Positions 58,706 through 64,000 of a stretch of 64,000 bases of DNA are shown one piece after another. The DNA comes from Nocardioidaceae bacterium. Lineage in GTDB: Bacteria; Actinomycetota; Actinomycetes; Propionibacteriales; Nocardioidaceae. The translations under genes and the position numbers were made by a program. Positions within the stretch are counted from its first letter, which is position 1. Each line of letters starts with the position of its first letter. The stretch spans positions 10,826-74,825 of the forward strand of contig JACJWW010000010.1 in NCBI GenBank assembly GCA_020636935.1, in the 5' to 3' direction. The notes below the pieces were generated by a model. It ran no database searches. It had not been told where the DNA came from and worked only from the letters and a program-made list of their open reading frames with translations.

Positions 58706-61390
58706 TCAGGGGGTGTGTTGGGCCTGGAAATAGGTCAAGATCTCGAGGAACTCCTCGACGTCGACCTGTGAACGGTCGACTGTCATCTCCTTGCCGCTGC
58801 CCGTGAGCTTCACCGACCAGTTCTCCGCCTCCGGGCTCTCGGAGGCTTCCACCTTGAGATCTTTGGAGTTCAGGTCGAGGTGCTCGACGTGGTTGCCCTT
58901 GGCAAACTCGACCAGCCCGTCGGTGACCGACAAAATGCCTGGCTTCACCATGAGCAGGCCGATCAGGAACAAGAGCAACACACCGCAAGCGGCCATCAAT
59001 GCGGTCAGCGGGGTCTGTCCGGGCCGCAGCACCTGCCATCCGATTGCCCCGGCCACTGCCACGCCAGCGATCACGCACCCACCGACCAACACAGATCGCG
59101 CGGTCGACGCCTGCCGGAATGCGACGTACTCCGGCGGCTTTTCGGTGCTTGTGGTTGATTTGGGTGAGTGTGGTTTCACTGGTTCACCAGTGAATTTGCC
59201 ACGTTGCACCTTTTGCAAAGGGGGCTCCGTGACAATTTCACTGGGTACCCCGTGAATTTGGTCGGCGTCTTCTTCATCGTCAGGCGCGGGTACGACGCCA
59301 CGCAGCGTGGGCGCGGCAGAGACCTTGCTTGGGGGGTCAGACAGGGGCTTGGGCGCCTCAGGGACATCGCCCACGATTTCGGGTGGCTTCGAGACCGAGT
59401 GACGCCCACTGAAGGTGGGTACGCCGAAGCTGCTGGTGTCGGTCTTCGTTTTGGACTCAGTGGGGGGCTCGCCTGAAGGTGGAGCGCCGATCAGCCCGGT
59501 TGTCGCGGTGTCGTTCGTCGGCGTGGGCGCGGTGGAAGAGTGCTTTGCCTCAGCCTTTACACCTGGTGGCGGCGCAGCCACTGTCGGTTTGTCATCGGGA
59601 GTGGTGTCAGGCTGATCTGCTTTGGCGGGAGGCGCCGGTGGCGGTGGTGTGCCTGCGGCAAGCCACTCGGTCATCGAGTCGGCATATGGCTCATCCGGCT
59701 CGGGCTTTGACTGTCGCCTGCTGAACAACCCGCGCTTCTTTCGCAGAGGCTCAGGGACAGGGCTCTTTGGGGTCTCGACCAGTGGCACATCAGCTTTGAA
59801 TGCTGCAGCAGGCTCGGCCGGGGTGGGAGTCTCGGCGGCCAACGGGGTCGCCGGTTTGGGCTCCTCGGACTGCTGGGCTTCCGAGGCCTCCGCGACCTGA
59901 CCGGGCTGATCGCTCGCCCCAAGCTCTCCCTCAGGCAAGGCCCCACTGAGCCAGTCGTATGACTGAGGAGCCTCAGCTTCGGCCTGGGGCTTGGTGGTCT
60001 CAACCGGCGAGGGCACTGGTGGCATGGAGACGGGCTCAGGCTTCGCCGACGGGGCAGTCTGGAGCGGAGGGTCTGCTGTTGAGGAGCTGTCCTTCTTGCC
60101 GCGTCTCCCAAAGAGTCCGCGCTTCTCCTTGGGCTCTGGGGGCGCAGTGGCCGCCGCATCGCTGGCAGCCTTGGTCTTCTCAGTTTCATCGACCACTGTT
60201 GGGGCCGCTGGCGTGGGGAGCACCCCCGTGTCATCTTTGGTCGGGGCCGTCACCTCTGGTGCGGGTACGGCGGTCTCAGCGGTTGCAGGCTCAGACACGA
60301 TGGGTTCAGGGGTCTTGGGCTCTGGAGCAGGAGCAGGGGCGTCGCCATACAGGTGGCTACTGAGCCAATCGCCTGTGCTTTCGGACGTCGAAGTTGAGGC
60401 GGGTGTTTTGGGCTCCGTGACCACGGGCGCAGCCTCGACGACCGGTGGTACGACGGGCTTGGGCGCTGGCGGAGTGGTGGTCGAACTGTCGTCGCCCAAT
60501 TGGCCGCCCGATTGGTCGCCTAGCCAGTCGCGGGAAACACTCGCTTCATCTGCGGCTGGCGAGCTCTCGGCGGGCACATCCTCGGTTGGGGGTGCCACGG
60601 GAGCGGCTAGGGGTTGCTCTGGCTTGGTGGGCTCAGGTGTGAGCGCTGGCTGGGCTGGCTCGGGGGAGACAACCTGCTCAACGGGCTCTGGTGTGGGCCA
60701 ACTGTTGATGCTGAGCCAGTCCGTGGTGTCGGCGGCCGGCTGCGCTGGCGGCGGGGTCGCCTCGGCGACTGGGGGTACGACGGACTCGGGCGCCGGGGGC
60801 GGTGCCGGGGCTTCGCGCTCGGCAACGACTGGTTCGCGCTCGGCGACGACTGGTTCGGGCTCGGCAACGACTGGCTCGACAACCACTGCCTCGGGAGCTG
60901 GCGGGGTTGGCTTTGGAGCTACCGGTTCGGGCGTCACGGGAGGGACGACAGAGGGTTCGGCCGCAACTGGTTTGGGCGCAGGTGGTGCGGCTGGCGCCAC
61001 GGGCTCGGCAGTCACAGGCTCAGCAGTCGCAGGCTCAGGTGGTCTGAAGCTCTCTGGCGCTGCGCGTTCGGGCTCGGGCTCGGCGGGAGCATCGCTGCGC
61101 ATGACGGGAGCAGGCGGGCCGGAGTAGCTCCAGCCAGGGCGTTCTGAAGCGGGTCGGGGTGCCGGGGCTGCAGGGGTTTGGGGCGCCTCGGGCTCGGGGG
61201 CAGGTGCTGGCTCCGGTGCGCTGCGTCGGCGGCGGCCAAAGCGGGTGGGGTGGCGTTCTTGATCTTGACGCGGAGTGCCGTAGCCGTGCTCGAAGGCGTC
61301 GCGCATCACCGCCAATGGGTCGGGCGGTGAATAGTCGTCTGAGTCGGGCCCGTTGTTGTCGGGGCGGTCCTCATCGGGACGTCCTGGCAA
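58706..61390 (-). CDS. Pro/Ala/Glu-rich low-complexity protein with two C-terminal TM helices and a small globular domain
   Basis: 894-aa open frame, GAGGAG RBS before TTG, hydrophobic pair near the C-terminus. Confidence 0.75.
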   Translation of the reverse strand: MPGRPDEDRPDNNGPDSDDYSPPDPLAVMRDAFEHGYGTPRQDQERHPTRFGRRRRSAPEPAPAPEPEAPQTPAAPAPRPASERPGWSYSGPPAPVMRSDAPAEPEPERAAPESFRPPEPATAEPVTAEPVAPAAPPAPKPVAAEPSVVPPVTPEPVAPKPTPPAPEAVVVEPVVAEPEPVVAEREPVVAEREAPAPPPAPESVVPPVAEATPPPAQPAADTTDWLSINSWPTPEPVEQVVSPEPAQPALTPEPTKPEQPLAAPVAPPTEDVPAESSPAADEASVSRDWLGDQSGGQLGDDSSTTTPPAPKPVVPPVVEAAPVVTEPKTPASTSTSESTGDWLSSHLYGDAPAPAPEPKTPEPIVSEPATAETAVPAPEVTAPTKDDTGVLPTPAAPTVVDETEKTKAASDAAATAPPEPKEKRGLFGRRGKKDSSSTADPPLQTAPSAKPEPVSMPPVPSPVETTKPQAEAEAPQSYDWLSGALPEGELGASDQPGQVAEASEAQQSEEPKPATPLAAETPTPAEPAAAFKADVPLVETPKSPVPEPLRKKRGLFSRRQSKPEPDEPYADSMTEWLAAGTPPPPAPPAKADQPDTTPDDKPTVAAPPPGVKAEAKHSSTAPTPTNDTATTGLIGAPPSGEPPTESKTKTDTSSFGVPTFSGRHSVSKPPEIVGDVPEAPKPLSDPPSKVSAAPTLRGVVPAPDDEEDADQIHGVPSEIVTEPPLQKVQRGKFTGEPVKPHSPKSTTSTEKPPEYVAFRQASTARSVLVGGCVIAGVAVAGAIGWQVLRPGQTPLTALMAACGVLLLFLIGLLMVKPGILSVTDGLVEFAKGNHVEHLDLNSKDLKVEASESPEAENWSVKLTGSGKEMTVDRSQVDVEEFLEILTYFQAQHTP
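59171..59261. repeat. 91-bp three-hairpin element, copy in-frame inside the 894-aa CDS
   Basis: Ungapped match to 48984-49074; encodes QIHGVPSEIVTEPPLQKVQRGKFTGEPVKP on the minus strand. Confidence 0.85.
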
Positions 61391-61758
61391 CGTCCACTCC
61401 TCTCACGTCGTACACCTAAACAGATCAGCGCATTGATTGTCCCAAAACCCACTCTCGCAAACCTTAGGTTTGCCCGAAAATTTTGGTCTCCACTGAGTTG
61501 ACGTAGCTCCCAGCCTCTCATGACGGAGCTTGAGGAAGAGACTCCAGCAGACACGGAATGCGACCCCGGGTCCGAGCGTGCAGGCTTGTTGGTAGTGTCA
61601 TGACTGCCAAGGTGCAGTTCCAGCGGTACACAACGCTCGTTGGAGTTTGTGATCCAACCGGCGGTTCTGAGCTCAACCTGAGTCGGGACGAGGTTTCACG
61701 CATCTTGGTGAGGTCATCAAATGATGGTCTCTCGCCCCGATACAAGGAGTAAAAGAGC

Positions 61759-61962
61759 ATGGCTCAGGGCACAGTTAAGTGGTTCAACGCTGAAAAGGGC
61801 TTTGGTTTCATCGCCCAAGAAGACGGCGGCGACGACGTCTTCGTTCACTACTCGGCCATTCAGTCGCAGGGCTACAAGTCCCTCGACGAAAACCAGAAGG
61901 TGCAGTTCGACGTCACCCAGGGTCCCAAGGGGCCTCAGGCTGAAAACGTCGTCCCCATCTGA
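61759..61962 (+). CDS. cspA: Cold-shock protein
   Basis: [32 protein letters not shown]. Confidence 0.96.
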   Translation: MAQGTVKWFNAEKGFGFIAQEDGGDDVFVHYSAIQSQGYKSLDENQKVQFDVTQGPKGPQAENVVPI

Positions 61963-61975
61963 TTGACGACAACTT

Positions 61976-62007
61976 TGAGGGCCATGGTCGATTGACCGTG
62001 GCCCTCA
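61976..62007 (+). terminator. Intrinsic terminator after csp
   Basis: tgagggccatggtc-gatt-gaccgtggccctca then ttgctttt. Confidence 0.8.
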
Positions 62008-62058
62008 TTGCTTTTCCGCTGGTGCTCGTGGCAGCGCAGGCGCCAAGCGCCGTCTTGA

Positions 62059-62838
62059 TCAGCCGAAACGGCCTGAGATGTAGGCCTCGGTGGCTGGCTC
62101 ATCGGGGGTGCTGAACACCTTGGTGGTGGGGTTCATCTCGATCAGGTGGCCCGGCTTGCCGGCTCCGGCGATATTGAAGAAGGCGGTGTCTTGCGACACC
62201 CGGGCCGCTTGTTGCATGTTGTGGGTGACGATCACGATCGTGTACTCCGCCTTGAGTTCATGGATCAGATCTTCGATCGCCGAGGTCGAGATCGGGTCAA
62301 GTGCCGAGCAGGGCTCGTCCATCAGGAGTACGTCGGGCTCGACCGCGATCGCACGGGCGATGCAGAGCCGCTGCTGTTGGCCACCGGAGAGACCCGAGGC
62401 AGGCTTGTTGAGCCGGTCGTGCACTTCATCCCACAAGTTCGCGCCTTTGAGCGCCTTCTCAGCAATGTGGTCAGCTGCTGCCTTCTTGAGCTTCTTGTTG
62501 TTCAGACGGCTGCCAGCCAGGACGTTCTCATAGATTGACATCGTCGGGAATGGGTTGGGTCTTTGGAAAACCATGCCCACCATGCGGCGTACTTGCACCG
62601 GATCAACTTCTGGATCGTAGATCGACTGGCCGTCCAGGAGGACCTTGCCCTCGACCCGTGCCCCAGGGATCACCTCGTGCATTCTGTTCAGTGAGCGCAG
62701 CAGGGTCGACTTGCCGCATCCGGATGGCCCGATGAAGGCCGTCACCGAGCGTGCCGGGATGGTCATGTTGATGCCTTCGACGGCAAGGAAGTCGCCGTAG
62801 TAGACATCGAGGTCACAGATGTCGATGCTCTTTGACAT
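62059..62838 (-). CDS. pstB: Phosphate ABC transporter ATP-binding protein
   Basis: [39 protein letters not shown]. Confidence 0.96.
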   Translation of the reverse strand: MSKSIDICDLDVYYGDFLAVEGINMTIPARSVTAFIGPSGCGKSTLLRSLNRMHEVIPGARVEGKVLLDGQSIYDPEVDPVQVRRMVGMVFQRPNPFPTMSIYENVLAGSRLNNKKLKKAAADHIAEKALKGANLWDEVHDRLNKPASGLSGGQQQRLCIARAIAVEPDVLLMDEPCSALDPISTSAIEDLIHELKAEYTIVIVTHNMQQAARVSQDTAFFNIAGAGKPGHLIEMNPTTKVFSTPDEPATEAYISGRFG

Positions 62839-62853
62839 TGGATTCCTTTCCGG

Positions 62854-63762
62854 CTAGCCCCGTTTGGGCGCCAGCCACCTTCCAGCGAGTCTGGCAATCA
62901 GGTTGAGGGTCAGCACGATCACGGTCAGCACAAACGCAGCCCCCCAAGCCATGTCTGCCAAGAGCTCAGCATCCGGAGAGGTCTTGGTGATGTTGTAGTA
63001 GATGAAGACGGGCAGAGTCATCATGCGATCTGAGAACAGGTTGGTGTTCACTGAGTCGGAGAAGCCAGCGATGATCAGCAGCGGTGCGGTCTCGCCGATG
63101 ATCCGGGCTATTGCCAAGGTGACTCCAGTGATGATGCCAGACGTTGCGGTGGGCAGCACCACTTTCGTGATGGTGCGCCACTTGGACACCCCCAGGGCGT
63201 ACGCCGCTTCGCGCAGGTCGTTGGGCACTAGCTTCAGCATCTCTTCGCTCGATCGCACCACGATCGGGATCATCAGGATTGACAGGGCCACCGCGCCACC
63301 GAATCCCATCCTGACACTTGGTCCGAAGAAGAGTGCGAAGAGCGCGAAGGCGAAGAGCCCTGCCACGATCGAGGGGATCCCGGTCATCACGTCAACCATG
63401 AATCTGATCCAGTGGCCCAGTCGATTGCTCCCGGCGTATTCAACGAGGTAGATCGAAGTCATCAGTCCGATCGGTACGGCGATCACGGTTGCGGCGAAAG
63501 TGATCAGGACCGTGCCCCAGATGGCATGCGCAATGCCTCCGGTCTCTCCGACGACATTACGCATCGACCAGGTCAGGAATCGGAGGTTCATCTGAGATGC
63601 ACCTTGGACGATCACATTCCACAGGAGCAGCGCAAGGGGTGTCAGTGCGATGACGAGGGCCAGCCAGATCAACATGGTGACCACTTGGTCGGTGATCGAG
63701 CGCCGAGACCACCTTGACCGGTGCAGTGAGTTTGAGGGGGTTGTCGCGTTGGCCTGACTCAT
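62854..63762 (-). CDS. pstA: Phosphate ABC transporter permease PstA
   Basis: GIPSIVAGLF, LREAAYALG, ARIIGETAPL. Confidence 0.94.
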   Translation of the reverse strand: MSQANATTPSNSLHRSRWSRRSITDQVVTMLIWLALVIALTPLALLLWNVIVQGASQMNLRFLTWSMRNVVGETGGIAHAIWGTVLITFAATVIAVPIGLMTSIYLVEYAGSNRLGHWIRFMVDVMTGIPSIVAGLFAFALFALFFGPSVRMGFGGAVALSILMIPIVVRSSEEMLKLVPNDLREAAYALGVSKWRTITKVVLPTATSGIITGVTLAIARIIGETAPLLIIAGFSDSVNTNLFSDRMMTLPVFIYYNITKTSPDAELLADMAWGAAFVLTVIVLTLNLIARLAGRWLAPKRG

Positions 63763-64000
63763 GATGCCCGCCGCTCTCCGGCACGAGTCAGGATCAATCT
63801 CGCCAAGAAGTTGACTGCGAAGCTGATCGCGAACAGTGCCAAGCCACTGAAGATCAGCACATTGACCTTGGTGCCGAAGGCTTCAGGGAAGCGCAACGCG
63901 ATATTGGCTGCGATCGTTGATGGATTGTCTGCAGAGATCAGGTTGAGGGAGAACAAGCCTCCTTGGGTGGAAAGCACCATCGCCACCGCCATGGTCTCGC
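63759..64000 (-). CDS. pstC: Phosphate ABC transporter permease PstC (C-terminal part only)
   Basis: ETMAVAMVL...TIAANIA..FPEA...GLALF; directly upstream of pstA. Confidence 0.88.
   Translation of the reverse strand, partial: ETMAVAMVLSTQGGLFSLNLISADNPSTIAANIALRFPEAFGTKVNVLIFSGLALFAISFAVNFLARLILTRAGERRAS

Noticed and set aside
60818-60880. 21-bp x3 repeat (EPVVAER) in the Pro-rich gene as a separate element
   Set aside because: Ordinary in-frame slippage within a low-complexity region

Overview
GC-rich actinobacterial chromosomal segment. The protein style and gene order suggest Propionibacteriales/Nocardioides-like, which is inference. The backbone is the conserved actinobacterial pyrE-dedA-trmH-fbaA-DUF3151-purA-purD-purB-purC-purS-purQ-purL-purF-purM-DUF3073-bldC region. 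It is followed by tRNA-Glu/Asp/Phe, a PucR-regulated desaturase operon, crcB x2, ndh, tRNA-Lys, csp and pstCAB. Surface-structure modules are interleaved: (1) a Flp/Tad pilus operon, truncated at the left edge; (2) a five-gene operon inserted between fbaA and DUF3151, encoding a SipW-type signal peptidase, three proteins with SipW-type signal peptides (two clearly TasA/camelysin-like) and a TasA-like protein with an LPXTG anchor; (3) an SdrD-B repeat LPXTG adhesin; (4) two paralogous PKD/beta-helix/glycine-rich lipoproteins next to tRNA-Lys; (5) a large disordered Pro-rich membrane protein with repeated DWL motifs. Module 2 is my best candidate for an undescribed system: a sortase-anchored, donor-strand-type fibre. 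A complete IS30 element (28-bp IRs, 3-bp target duplication) sits inside a palindrome of a ~90-bp three-hairpin repeat. A related 91-bp element occurs once intergenically and once in-frame inside a protein-coding gene, with compensatory changes in its central stem. No CRISPR array, rRNA, prophage or integrase was seen. All calls are from motif recognition by eye; no database searches were run.
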